Below are positions 25,925 through 38,530 of a stretch of 64,000 nt of DNA, piece by piece. Positions within the stretch are counted from its first letter, which is position 1. Every line of letters starts with the position of its first letter. Source of the stretch: Octopus bimaculoides (taxonomy: Eukaryota); NCBI RefSeq assembly GCF_001194135.2, contig NC_068989.1, forward strand, positions 63,905,252 through 63,969,251, read 5' to 3'. The notes under the pieces are model-generated. The model saw only the letters and a program-made list of their open reading frames with translations. It searched no databases and was not told the DNA's origin. The position numbers and the translations under genes were made by a program.

Positions 25925-26449
25925 NNNNNNNNNNNNNNNNNNNNNNNNNNNNNNNNNNNNNNNNNNNNNNNNNNNNNNNNNNNNNNNNNNNNNNNNNNNN
26001 NNNNNNNNNNNNNNNNNNNNNNNNNNNNNNNNNNNNNNNNNNNNNNNNNNNNNNNNNNNNNNNNNNNNNNNNNNNNNNNNNNNNNNNNNNNNNNNNNNNN
26101 NNNNNNNNNNNNNNNNNNNNNNNNNNNNNNNNNNNNNNNNNNNNNNNNNNNNNNNNNNNNNNNNNNNNNNNNNNNNNNNNNNNNNNNNNNNNNNNNNNNN
26201 NNNNNNNNNNNNNNNNNNNNNNNNNNNNNNNNNNNNNNNNNNNNNNNNNNNNNNNNNNNNNNNNNNNNNNNNNNNNNNNNNNNNNNNNNNNNNNNNNNNN
26301 NNNNNNNNNNNNNNNCCGGGAAACGAAAAAGAAAGGAGACACCAAGACACGGCGAGAATTAGGGTTATGTCCCTTTTGATCGAAAAGTCATTTGACTGAG
26401 AGGATATTGACCTAGATTCTGCGGTACAGCTGCTCAATCCGAAAAGGGT

Positions 26450-27400
26450 AGTACTTTCTTATTATCCCAGAGGAACTGATCTGTATGTTTGCAACCGCTG
26501 AAAATTACAGATCTGGAATTCAGCAGTGCAGTAGAGTTCTTAGATCTGAAAACGCATAGCTTAATTTTTATTGATATGTTGACTTATGGTGTGGACTTGT
26601 CAACTATTGTCCGCTTTACTGTATGTGGTATGACGTTAGACTTCAAACTCCATACCTTGCTAGCCAACTTAGTGATTTTACTTTCGTCCCTGAGTCTTTC
26701 TTCTAAACAGGGATAAAAGTAAAGCCACTAACTAATCCAAACGACTGAGAATGAAAATTCTCCATAGGAGTAGCAAGATATCCTTTCTCCTTGTTCACAA
26801 TAACCCTAGAATCCATCCAATGACACACCCACACAATGTTGCCATCTTGAGAATATGCATATGGAATGTTGCGTCATTATTGATGTGGATTCCAAGGGCA
26901 TGCACCTACTCGGAATCTAGGATTGCACTAATCCCTAATCATGTGTATTCCGATGGTAATCTGCTTGTATGCCGATAGCTTCAAACTTCTCTATATTCTC
27001 TGCATGTTATTTTCATTATCCCATTTCAAGGTGTACTGAAGCATTTCTGCAGTTTTGGAGTGCCATCAAGGCCTTTGACCGCCTGTGATACTTTTGTACC
27101 AGCAGCATAGCTAGTGGGAGTGACTGGCTATATGGCGGAGGGCATGTCAGGAAGAGCCACCACAAAATTCTGTGTCATCTAGCTAAGCCTGTGAATGAAA
27201 TATCACTTATGGTAACTTGGAATTCTGTTATGTCAACTGATGAGGCATTTCTTCACTGTGGGGTGCATTGGAATCCATTTTATCGTTCTCCGCCCACTAA
27301 GGAGTTGTGCAGGATTATAGCGAAACGATCGTTGTAATATAGAACACTTTCAGCATACCCTGTGTTCCGCATCAATAATTGAGAATATATATCACATTTC
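26450..27400 (-). mobile_element. Degenerate L2/CR1-group LINE RT and C-terminal region
   Basis: Manual translation: ALPDMPS...TSYAAGTKVSQ (decayed YADDTK), KWDNENNMQ, LGIHINNDATFHMHI, IGWILG..TRRKDILLLLWRIFILSRLD; same group as 40930-41870. Confidence 0.78.
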
Positions 27401-28105
27401 TGCTCAAGAAGTCTTTTGGATTTGTCTCTACATGTGCATCTAGGACACAGTTTGATTCGTGATTTGTTTGATTCGTGAGTTGTATATATCCACTACGTGC
27501 AAGAACCTTCTTTCCCGCTGTTGTCCTAACGTTATGAGAGAAACTGGGGCTAACCATAAAAAATTACGAAACCAATTCTTACGACAAGATGATAGAGGTG
27601 TAGGGTAGTTTTAAATGATTTTATCCGTAAGGCCGTGATCCTATAGAACCTAATTATAATATGGGGCAGCCATTTTGAACATTACTTTAAAAGAAGAAAG
27701 CATGTGATCCTAATGTTTGGAAGTAAGCTTTTAAATACAATAAGCTGTAGACAGGATTGCTTATGAATATATTTAAGATTTCCGTTAGGGCTTATAGTAA
27801 TTAATTCTGCAGTCAAAGGAAACTTCTAAAATGTCAGTCGTAGGTGGTTTAATGTAATAGAGATTGTATATATATGTCTGTGTGTGTGTGTGTATACATA
27901 TATGTATGTATGCATGTATGTATGTATGTATGTATGTATTATGTATATATATATATATATNNNNNNNNNNNNNNNNNNNNNNNNNNNNNNNNNNNNNNNN
28001 NNNNNNNNNNNNNNNNNNNNNNNNNNNNNNNNNNNNNNNNNNNNNNNNNNNNNNNNNNNNNNNNNNNNNNNNNNNNNNNNNNNNNNNNNNNNNNNNNNNN
28101 NNNNN

Positions 28106-28990
28106 GGTCTAATCAATAAGTATTTGGACTGTTACCACAGTAACGAAACTAAAGCACGCAGAACGACGCCATGTGGCACAGATTGATCGTGACCTCTGCT
28201 GTGCATGCACACTGAGTTTTGACGTTCTAACTCACTTTCACTGTTTACAGCAGTGCTTGGAAGTAACGTGTGTAACGTGTGATCGTCGCATGACAGAAAA
28301 AGTTGTCATGGCGATACTTCGTCAGAAGCCTAAGAAAAGTTGCAGAAATTTTATGGAGAGGAATATACGAGCCACACACACGTGCACGAGTAGTTCAGAC
28401 GTTTCCAAGATGGCTGAAAAAATGTCGATATTGTACGTTCTGGGAGACACGTAACCAGCAGAACTGAGAAAAAAGTCGCAGATGGACGTGCAGCTGTGAT
28501 GGCAAATCGTCGAATAACCATCCGTAAGTTATTAGAGGATGTGCAGATTAGTTACGATTTAGTTCTGTCCATTATCACTGAAGATTTAGGTATGGGACGC
28601 GTGCATGCCAATTTTGTGACAAAACTGCTATCAGCAGACTAAAAACACAATCGGGTTTCAGTTGCACAAAAATCTCTTTGCGTGTGTTGAGAACGATGAA
28701 ATATTTTTGAAAACTTCGCATAGGCCTCTGAGAATGTAACGCGATGCTTTTGGCAAAATTTGATGCAGATTCTCTGTTCAGCTTTCTTTGTCAAGGTCAA
28801 AGTGACAATCGCATGTCACATACCTTTCTTCTAAACACTGCTGTAGACAATAGAAGTGAGCTAGAACGTTAAAACTTAGTGCGCATGCACAGCAGAATTC
28901 ATGGTCAATGTGCACCATGCAGTTTCATTATGCATACTTTAGCTTCGTTACCATAACAAAAGTCCTGATACTTACGGATCAGACCACGTA
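28106..28990. mobile_element. Foldback mariner derivative made of two inverted 5' ends (copy 1)
   Basis: Arms at about 28106-28295 and 28790-28990 are colinear inverted copies. Plus strand gives the transposase N-terminus (RRFQDG...RRITIRKL.EDVQISY...DLGM.RV.A.FV.KLLS...ENDEIFLKT); minus strand from the right gives EQRICIKFCQK..TFSEAYAK. Confidence 0.85.
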
Positions 28991-29599
28991 TGTATATATA
29001 TATATATATNNNNNNNNNNNNNNNNNNNNNNNNNNNNNNNNNNNNNNNNNNNNNNNNNNNNNNNNNNNNNNNNNNNNNNNNNNNNNNNNNNNNNNNNNNN
29101 NNNNNNNNNNNNNNNNNNNNNNNNNNNNNNNNNNNNNNNNNNNNNNNNNNNNNNNNNNNNNNNNNNNNNNNNNNNNNNNNNNNNNNNNNNNNNNNNNNNN
29201 NNNNNNNNNNNNNNNNNNNNNNNNNNNNNNNNNNNNNNNNNNNNNNNNNNNNNNNNNNNNNNNNNNNNNNNNNNNNNNNNNNNNNNNNNNNNNNNNNNNN
29301 NNNNNNNNNNNNNNNNNNNNNNNNNNNNNNNNNNNNNNNNNNNNNNNNNNNNNNNNNNNNNNNNNNNNNNNNNNNNNNNNNNNNNNNNNNNNNNNNNNNN
29401 NNNNNNNNNNNNNNNNNNNNNNNNNNNNNNNNNNNNNNNNNNNNNNNNNNNNNNNNNNNNNNNNNNNNNNNNNNNNNNNNNNNNNNNNNNNNNNNNNNNN
29501 NNNNNNNNNNNNNNNNNNNNNNNNNNNNNNNNNNNNNNNNNNNNNNNNNNNNNNNNNNNNNNNNNNNNNNNNNNNNNNNNNNNNNNNNNNNNNNNNNGT

Positions 29600-29815
29600 T
29601 GTATTTGCGCGTTTGTGTTTATGCCCTACCATCGCTTGATGACCTATGCTGGTGTGTTTAAGTCCCTGTAACTTAGCGATTCGGCAAAAGATACAGATAG
29701 AATAAGTACTAGGCTCTCAAAGAATAAGCCCTGGCGTCGATTTATTCGACTAAAGGTGGTGCACTAGTACGGCTGTAGTCAAATGACTGTCACAAATAAA
29801 AGAATAAAAAATAAG
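29600..29815 (+). mobile_element. SINE family A, 3' half after a gap
   Basis: catcgcttgatgacctatgctggtgtgttt...gatagaataagtactaggc...gactaaaggtggtgcactag...aaagaataaaa. Confidence 0.85.
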
Positions 29816-29916
29816 AGAATATATATACATATATATTATGTATGTATATATGTGTATGTATACACACATAGAGAGAGATATGAGTGTGTGTAAGAGAGGG
29901 ACAGAAAGTGAGCGAG

Positions 29917-30060
29917 AGGGCATAGCTCAGTAGTTAAGGCACTGCTCTCACGATCGGAAGATCGTGGCTTCGATTCCCGGACTAAGCTATGCATTGTGTT
30001 CTTGAGATAAAGCGTTCCATTTCATTTTACTCTGCGATCACTAAACCTTATAGCTGGTAA
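29917..30060 (+). mobile_element. SINE family C head (tRNA-like plus CORE-like)
   Basis: gggcatagctcagtagttaagg (A box) and ggcttcgattccc (B box), followed by cattgtgttcttgag with no tRNA acceptor stem. Confidence 0.75.
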
Positions 30061-30261
30061 ATCTACAAGGCACACCATGCACATATACGAGAAATGTCGA
30101 TTAGATGGACGATTAACTGGTCGATTCAATGGTCGATTAGATGGACTAAAAGCAAATAGTCGGTGCAGTGTGGTATCATGAATTTGCGGAACCCTGATCT
30201 GCCGTCTACGAGAGGACAGTGCACAATATATAGATAAATGAGTAGATAGATAGATCGATAA

Positions 30262-30325
<64 letters not shown>

Positions 30326-30389
30326 CTATAGGCATGGCATTGTTGGCATAGTCGGAACAATCATTGTAGGTATAATTCCGTCATCATTG

Positions 30390-30720
30390 TCAGCGAGCTT
30401 TGCATATATCTGCTCTATATCAACACAATCGACACAGCTGTTTATGTACTTTTTTATAGCTTTATACCTTTACATAATTCTTCTAGCAGAAAATTCTTCT
30501 TTTCCCACGCATATGTCTTTATTATTTTTTTTTTTACATACTATAAATCACTCATTCTTTTTATTACATTTTTTCTTCTTTTATTCTTTCTCTATGCCTG
30601 ACGTAAATTCCCCTGCTAGTCTGTTTATGGACAGTATAAAGCTAAATATTTGGCCTAATGAGTATATGAAAGTATTGGCAACGCAACTTATAGTTTCAGC
30701 CGTTGGTGCGTTGCAATAAA
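30390..30720 (+). repeat. Unclassified old interspersed repeat, copy 1
   Basis: Colinear with 33720-34050: aatcgac.cagctgtttatgta, cttttcccac, tgacgtaaa, aagctaaatattt.gcctaa, gtatatgaaa.t.ttggca, caactta.agt. Confidence 0.8.
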
Positions 30721-30864
30721 CACACATTAATTGGTTCCTTCGTCTCGCATCTAATTTTCCTTCTCTCCCTCTCTTTCTCGCTCCCTCCCTCCATCTTTCT
30801 TTCTCTTTACTATTTCTCTCTCTATCTCTCTCTCTCTATCTATCTCTCTCTAACTATCTATCTC

Positions 30865-30903
<39 letters not shown>

Positions 30904-31992
30904 NNNNNNNNNNNNNNNNNNNNNNNNNNNNNNNNNNNNNNNNNNNNNNNNNNNNNNNNNNNNNNNNNNNNNNNNNNNNNNNNNNNNNNNNNNNNNNNNN
31001 NNNNNNNNNNNNNNNNNNNNNNNNNNNNNNNNNNNNNNNNNNNNNNNNNNNNNNNNNNNNNNNNNNNNNNNNNNNNNNNNNNNNNNNNNNNNNNNNNNNN
31101 NNNNNNNNNNNNNNNNNNNNNNNNNNNNNNNNNNNNNNNNNNNNNNNNNNNNNNNNNNNNNNNNNNNNNNNNNNNNNNNNNNNNNNNNNTATATAAATCA
31201 AAAAATAGGCAACACGGATTTCAAAGGTTATTGCAGTACGCACGTTTCATGCTACTTCAATTTATTTAAGTAATGCGAGCATTACCTTAAATGCAATATG
31301 AAGAGCAATCTTCAGCTGCACGAAAATGCAGAAAAATTACTGTAGAAAAGACATATTATAAATGTGGCAACGTTTCAAATCCAAGTGGGAGAGAGAATAC
31401 ATAAAAATCCAAATGTGAGGAAGAATACATAAGTCCATCTTGACATAGCCGAGTCTATCAGGCTAGTAATTGATTCTAGACAAAAGTTTTAACTGTCTCA
31501 GATTTTATTGTTTCTTATCTAGTGGTGATAGCAAAGGGACAATTATTTCTAAAGAGAGGGAAGGTTTAAGCAGTATGCATGGACAAGGCTATAAAAATGT
31601 ATATATATATATATATACCACCATCCACAATCGTTGTTACATATTTATCGTATTACATCAGTGACAGGGAGGACAGCATGGTCATTGTCACAATATATAT
31701 ATATATAGAAGGGAAGTGATATTAGTCTCTGCATTGACAATCGAGAACGGCATACGCCTTACGCCCTTTGAGGGCTATCCAATGGCGTGTACCTTGTTGT
31801 CACCTAAATAGACGACTTTTGTTGCCTCCGTTATATAGCGAACAGTGTATCATAGACGCAGTAATATTGTAGAAAGTGTCTGCGGTTTCCGTGAATCATT
31901 GACGATAGGATATTCCGCTATATCCCATATATACAGCATTTAGAAGCTGTTTTATCAGCCCGGACACTACCTGGGGTTCCAAACTTGTTAAT

Positions 31993-32190
31993 ATGTTGCT
32001 GGCTGAATCGTTAGCACGCCAGGCAAAATGCTTAGCAGCATTCTGTCCGTCTTTACATTCTGAGTTCAAATTCCACCGAGGTCTATTTTGCCTTTCATCC
32101 TTTCGGGGTCGATATATTACGTATCAGTTGAGCACAGGGGTCGATGTAATCGGCTGACTTACTTCCGCAAAATTGCTGTCCTTGTGCCAT
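31993..32190 (+). mobile_element. SINE family B
   Basis: gttgctggctgaatcgttagcacgcc...ttctgagttcaaattccaccgaggtc...gcctttcatcctttcggggtcgat...ggggtcgatgtaatcg. Confidence 0.9.
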
Positions 32191-32239
32191 ATCGGATTAC
32201 AGTATATTAATTACTTTTAGCATCTACTCATGCTGCGAA

Positions 32240-32440
32240 GACAGGAGTAAAAGCATTGCTTGATTTTGAAAGAGGGCGTATTGTGAGTTTATCTGATGGA
32301 CTTATCCAACGTATGATACACGAATACTCAGGATTCTTCTTGCCACAATCAACAGTGATTTTACAATTCAACAGCAAAAGAAAGGAATCGATAACATCCA
32401 GCTGAGTTTGACCTGGATCCTCTGATAGTTGCCTCTGTGC
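32240..32440 (+). mobile_element. Tc1-type transposase N-terminal remnant
   Basis: GVKALLDFERGRIVSL...PQSTV resembles the Tc1 start L.DFERG.IVG...S.STV; no catalytic part seen. Confidence 0.55.
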
Positions 32441-32661
32441 TGCCGGCTGAATAGTTGAAAATAATCCCCGTTTTTGTAGAGTAACTCCAAGTAAGTTGGA
32501 GTACTTTTCTGATGTATCTCTCTCAACGTGGTCCCTGAAATAAATATAATAATGCATTATCAAATATAAAGCACAACGTAGAGACCGTACAGATGATATG
32601 GTAGAATTACAGGTATCTATTTATTTTTGAGATGACTCTGTATAACACGTTAGCAGATAGT

Positions 32662-32747
32662 AAAGGTGAGCTAGCAGAAACGTTAGCACGCCGGGTGAAG
32701 TGCATAGCGGTATTTCGTCTGCTATTACGTTCTGAGTTCAAATTCCG
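32662..32747 (+). mobile_element. SINE family B, head only
   Basis: aaggtgagctagcagaaacgttagcacgccgggtgaagtgcatagcggtatttcgtctgc...ttctgagttcaaattcc. Confidence 0.85.
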
Positions 32748-33552
32748 TACGTGATTTGCCTGACTTCTTGTGCCAGCGAAAAATAGATGCTCAACATTTT
32801 ATAGATTTCTGAAGCGTTTCTGACCACTTTAATAAAGGCCATTATTGCATAGCGAGCTTCAGTTTTCTCTTCAGGCCCAGCTGTGGCAATCAGTGTTTAC
32901 TAGGGTGTGTCCAAAGTGCAGTTACAATCTGAAACAAAAAGGTGACAGATCAGATTATTAGATGCATAGTAATGATATGCTAAAATTACAATCATCTAGG
33001 ACTAGTCTAACTACCTTTCCCGCTGCCACTATATAATTATCACGGTGGTGCACCAGCATGACCGCAGCCACTTGGCTGAAACACATAAATAAATAAATAA
33101 ATAAAAATATCTGCAGGAATGCACCTCGTATATACATACGTCAAAGGCAATCCAGATGAAAGTTCTTTGTCACTATCAACATTTTCCTTGTACAACCTTA
33201 AAGTGTAACATACTTGTAACCAGCTAAAAGGTATTGATTAATCTTTCAATTTAATGTTAAATAGTTTATATAACTTAACATAAAAGCAGCCAATAATATT
33301 ATATAAGTTTATGTGTGTGTATATATATANNNNNNNNNNNNNNNNNNNNNNNNNNNNNNNNNNNNNNNNNNNNNNNNNNNNNNNNNNNNNNNNNNNNNNN
33401 NNNNNNNNNNNNNNNNNNNNNNNNNNNNNNNNNNNNNNNNNNNNNNNNNNNNNNNNNNNNNNNNNNNNNNNNNNNNNNNNNNNNNNNNNNNNNNNNNNNN
33501 NNNNNNNNNNNNNNNNNNNNNNNNNNNNNNNNNNNNNNNNNNNNNNNNNNNN

Positions 33553-33608
<56 letters not shown>

Positions 33609-33719
33609 GTGTGTAAACACCGCTTATATGCATTAGACAGTTTGGAAACAGGGAGCAGCTACGCTAAAAACAATCCTACCAGTATTGTAACGTCTATTTT
33701 CAGAAAGCGTTGGCCGCCA

Positions 33720-34050
33720 TTGCAGCTATCTACTTTGTATAAATTTGCACAAATCGACGCAGCTGTTTATGTATCTTTTATAGCTTAATTTCTTCTATAA
33801 TACATCGAGTGGAGTATGCTTCTTTTCCCACACTACTCTGTTCTTCCTTTACATACTGTAAGATTTTTTTCTCGTTCCCTGCATTACTTTCTTCGTTTGT
33901 ATCATTCCTTTCCTATATTGATGACGTAAAATCCCATGATAGTTGTTTATTTATGGGCAACAGGAAGCTAAATATTTGACCTAACGTGTATATGAAATTG
34001 TTGGCATGGTAACTTAAAGTACCAGCCGCACTGGGGCTCTACAATAACAT
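33720..34050 (+). repeat. Unclassified old interspersed repeat, copy 2
   Basis: Colinear diverged match to 30390-30720. Confidence 0.8.
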
Positions 34051-34344
34051 ATAGAAAAGAGCTCATGCGTTTCTGATCTATTTCTGTGGAGTTTTGTTTT
34101 ATTTTTCATTGCTGTTGGTTGTTAGTTTTCTTATGTATCTAATGCAAAATAGAAGCAACGAGACAATAAGGGAAAATCACATAAGCGATCGAACGAATAA
34201 CAAAAGCAAATGTGAACATATTCTATCTCTTTGTGAGCGAGTTCATATCTTTAAGTATGACAAAAACATGCACACACACAACACACACACACATATAAAT
34301 GTTTGCAAATATGTGAGCATATGTATATATCTGCATGTATACCC

Positions 34345-34403
<59 letters not shown>

Positions 34404-34515
34404 CATGTATATACATATATATACATGTGTATATCCATATATATGTATGTGTATGTATATGAGTTTATAAATATATATATACATATATATATATAATATA
34501 TATATTATATATATA

Positions 34516-34574
<59 letters not shown>

Positions 34575-35109
34575 TAAGCGATACCAAAAAGTAGTCTTTA
34601 TATCTAGCTTAACATGGATGTCTTGTGAGAATGCAGAATGCAGCGTAAGTAGCCTTGAAAGATGTTCATATATACAAGCGCATGGCGCATAAAATAACAC
34701 ATATGTGCTACAATATATGTCTGTACTCTATTGCATTAAGTGCCTATGTGAGAGGTCCTCTCAAGGCTATTACTACAATATTCGTTTTTCTTACAACACA
34801 TCCATACAAGAATTATCATTTGGTAGTAACGCTTCTTCCGTCCCTAATAATTCTATTTTTAATAAGCTTGCTGGTTATTTTTTACATCAGCGTCTGAAAA
34901 GATACTGATATACTATATATCGTAGCAGCGAAATTCGACTGGCATGTGGTGACCGGACCCTTCCCACTGATGGTTTCCTATAGAATTAAATCACATGACA
35001 TAGGAATTCCGGTGCCCGTAACAGATGATACTCGTCAGCTGCGATCTAAGTCCATGCTTTTATGCACCAAGCGCTTACATGAGAGGATCTCTCAGGGCTA
35101 ATAACACAT

Positions 35110-35140
35110 ATAGAGGGGTTGGACAAAATAATGTAAACAG
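35110..35140 (+). mobile_element. Possible solitary Tc1-like terminal inverted repeat
   Basis: ta-gaggggttggacaaaataatgtaaaca resembles CAGGGGTTGGACAAAATAAT-type Tc1 ends after a TA; I found no partner end. Confidence 0.4.
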
Positions 35141-36477
35141 AATAATTTAAACATTTAAACAAAATAATTTTAAAATAGAATTTTACTTTTTTTGTTTCTT
35201 CTTAAGTTCGATTTGCTTTAAACGGTATTTTATTTTTATATGATTTATTACTTAAGTATTCCTAATGTTCGTCTTTTACTGGTTTCTTTCTCTGTACTGG
35301 AGCTATACTTGTGGTGTCTGAAAGAATTATTCGAAGCGATAATTCGTTCAGAATTATCATCCCTGACGATAATGCAGAAACCATCCGAATATCATTCAAA
35401 ATAACCATTCCAGACAGTATCGTTCAGATTCTGCCTGAGGTTTACCTTAAATTTTCCAGTGTCTTTGGAATAATCAGTTATGTAATCGATAATTCTATGC
35501 ATAGATCGCCTTGTTGATCGAACAATTGGACGATTCATTGTTCGGCAAAGACAGTAGATCAATAAATTTCTAATTATCCACATACATGAATATAATTATT
35601 AATCTTGCGTGGTTTTGAACAACGTCAAATATACTTCCTCGTTCGGAAGCCACCTAAGTGTTATCAGCCGTTTGATAACATCTGTACGCTAACCCTAGCA
35701 CATGAAATATCATTAAATACTATCAAAGATGTATGACATATCAATTCAGTTCTGAATATCATTTAGATCGACAGTTTCGTAACGATAATGATAATGATAA
35801 ATAGTTTCAAAACGTCATTTTCATATTGCCGAAATGGATAATCAGATATTTTATCATTCAGTTTCTGTTAAGCTGTGTATAATTAGCAGTATTATGAAAG
35901 ATTATCTGATAATTACGTTCAGGTAATTCCTTTAACGATCTCGTTAACACACACTGTTTGACCACATTATAAGGTCAACAACAGACAATAAAATGAACAG
36001 CTTAATAATTTATCAGGCATATTGATATATGATAGACATAATATATGCTTATTTAATATTTATTCTTTCATTGAGTTACTGCTTTTAGATTTAAACCGGA
36101 GTACCACTTTTTGTGGTATCTTCAATCCAATTGTATATACTGTATATCTTGTTATTTACAGTCGTTAATTTACATTAGTGATTCTAAAACTTAGTTTCAT
36201 GCTTAAAGCATTTGTAAAACTAAGAGTGGCTTAATTATTGATATGAACATGTAAAAGAGTATAAAGTGATTCTAGAAAGATCCTTTTGTGAAATGCGTTA
36301 AACTGTTCTACTAGTGTATGTGTGTGCGTGAATTTATAAGTGTGTGAGGTGTGTTTGTGTGTATGTATATGTGTGCATGAATATATGTCTGTATGAGTGC
36401 TTGTGCGCATATATATACATGAACGTGCGTATATGTGTGTATTTATGCATTTATGTATATGTGTGTGTTTGTGTGTG

Positions 36478-37148
36478 GCATTGACCATGACAGAGACAGT
36501 TGAGCAGAGAATCTGCTTCAAATGTTGCCAAAAGCTTGACGATACCTGTCCAGAGGCCTACGCAAAGGTTTCAAGACGTTTTCATCGTTCTCGACACAGT
36601 CAAGGAAACATTGTGCAACTGAAATCCGAGTGTCTTCTTCTAGGTCAGCTGAAAGTAGTTTGGCACAAACTTGGCAGACACGCGTTTCATATCCGTAACA
36701 TCCTCTGATAACTCACAGATGGTGATTCGATGATTTCCCCTCACAGCTGCATGCACATCCTCGATATTTTTCTCAGTTCTGCTGGTAGCGTGTCTGTCAG
36801 TTCGTTCGCTAATATCGACACTTTTTCGGCTGGTTTAGAAACATCTGAAACATTCGTATACCTGTATGCGGCCCACACTCTCCTCTCCATACACTTTCTG
36901 AAATTTTTGTTGGCCTCTGAGTAGGTATTGTCATGACAACTTGCTCTGTCATGGTTAATGTGACGATCACTCGCTACACATCCTCTTTCCAAGCACTGCT
37001 GTAAACAGCGGAAGTGTGGTAGAACGTTAAAACTTAGCGCGCATGCTCTGCAGAGTTCAGGTTCAGTTTTTGCCAAGTGACTTCACTCTGAGCTCTTTAG
37101 CTTCGTTACTTTGGCGACAACCTGGATACTTATTGATCATATTACGTA
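36478..37148. mobile_element. Foldback mariner derivative, copy 2, inverted relative to copy 1, left arm truncated
   Basis: MTETVEQRICFKCCQKLDDTCPEAYAK on + abuts the minus-strand N-terminal arm at about 36567, the same junction as copy 1; ends cttattgatcatattacgta. Confidence 0.85.
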
Positions 37149-37504
37149 TATTAGTTCATTATATCAAAATTATTAAACCGAGTTAGAAAGCAGAAATGAC
37201 CAAATACATTGCACACGTTTGGCTTCAATCTCAAATGTCTATCAACGTATATGCTAAAGTACTTTTGACAGGTGGTAGACATTCAATACTAAAAGTTTTT
37301 GTTTTCTTTTAATTTCACCTTTATTTTATTTATTGATTCGTATTTTAGAATTGTCTTTTAGCAGTGGCCCAGGTCCACGAGTTTTGAGTCATTCGCTGTG
37401 TTCAAATGTTTATTTTATCGATTCTCGAAATTATATCCACCGAAGTCGAATCAGGCTAGACTTGAACTCGGAATGTAGAGGTTTATGACTCTATATTCTA
37501 TGCT

Positions 37505-37925
37505 GTACATTCTTTTCTACTCTAGGCACAAGACCCGAAATTTTGGGGCAGGGGGAAATTCGTTTAGATCAACCGCAGTACGCAACTGGTATTTAATTTA
37601 TCGATCCTGAAAGGATGAAAGGCAAAGTCGACCTCGGCGGAATTTTAACTCAGAACGTAAAGGCAGGCGAAATGCCGCTAAGCATTTCGCCTGGTGTGCT
37701 AACGTTTCTTATTTCTGTATTGCCCACAAGGGGCTAAACATAGAGGGGACAAACAAGGACAGACAAAGGCATTAAGTCGATTACATCGACCCCAGTGTGT
37801 AATTGGTACTTATTTAATCGACCCCGAAAGGATGAAAGGCACAGTCGACCTCGGCGAAATTTGAATTCAGAACGTAACGGCAGACGAAATACCCGGCGTG
37901 CTAACGTTTCTGCCAGCTCGCCGCC
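37505..37925 (-). mobile_element. SINE family B dimer
   Basis: Two tandem B units; colinear reverse complement of 61903-62331, including the junction. Confidence 0.92.
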
Positions 37926-38029
37926 TCTATGTTGTACATTCTAATGCTATAGAGTATTTACCTACGCTCTAGTAACTCTGCAATCTATTAATTAAAATTA
38001 AAAAAAAAAAACTCGAAAGCACACAACAC

Positions 38030-38290
38030 ATGCACACACACGTATACACACACACACATCCATATAGATACGCACTCACACCTATTTATATCCACACACG
38101 CACTTAGATCCACATACGCGCACACACAATCTTACCCTCACACATACACGCATTTTCATATAGACACGCACACACACACCTCCTTACTTGCACACACGCA
38201 CGCACACCTACTTACATCCACACACGCGCATACACAATCTTACACCCACACAAACATACACATTCATATAGACACGCACTCATACCTTAC
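38030..38290. repeat. Degenerate CA-rich minisatellite, unit about 110 bp
   Basis: ccaca(t/c)acgcgca..cacaatctta...ttcatatagacacgcac recurs at about 38109 and 38219. Confidence 0.7.
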
Positions 38291-38352
38291 GATGAACGTA
38301 AACAAAGAAACAAAGCTGGCTTTTAGAAGCGGTGAGATGTCTTAGAAAGTTA

Positions 38353-38530
38353 AAGAAGTGATTTTAAATTCTCAAACGCAGGATAATGCTAATAATATAG
38401 CCTGAACAGGATAAGCTACCCCTATTTTGCAGAAAAAAGTGTAGGCGTCCATACATACATACATACATGCATACATACATATAGTAATAAAAATTGGATG
38501 GATACATACATACATACATACATACATACA
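38353..38530 (+). repeat. Near-identical duplicate of 40173-40350
   Basis: tttaaattctcaaacgcaggataatgctaataatatagcctgaacaggataagctacccctattttgcagaaaaa.gtgtaggcgtcc(atac)n..gtaataaaaattggatgga at both sites. Confidence 0.95.

Noticed and set aside
23089-26437. Many ORFs of 165-339 aa
   Set aside because: All span N-gaps and TA/TG/GA repeats.
28173-28454. Similar ORFs at 28173 (+) and 36741 (-) suggesting a duplicated small gene
   Set aside because: They are off-frame readings of the foldback mariner arm; the transposase lies in another frame.
29917-29995. Possible tRNA gene
   Set aside because: A and B boxes are present, but there is no closing acceptor stem and it continues into a CORE-like SINE body; it is a SINE head.
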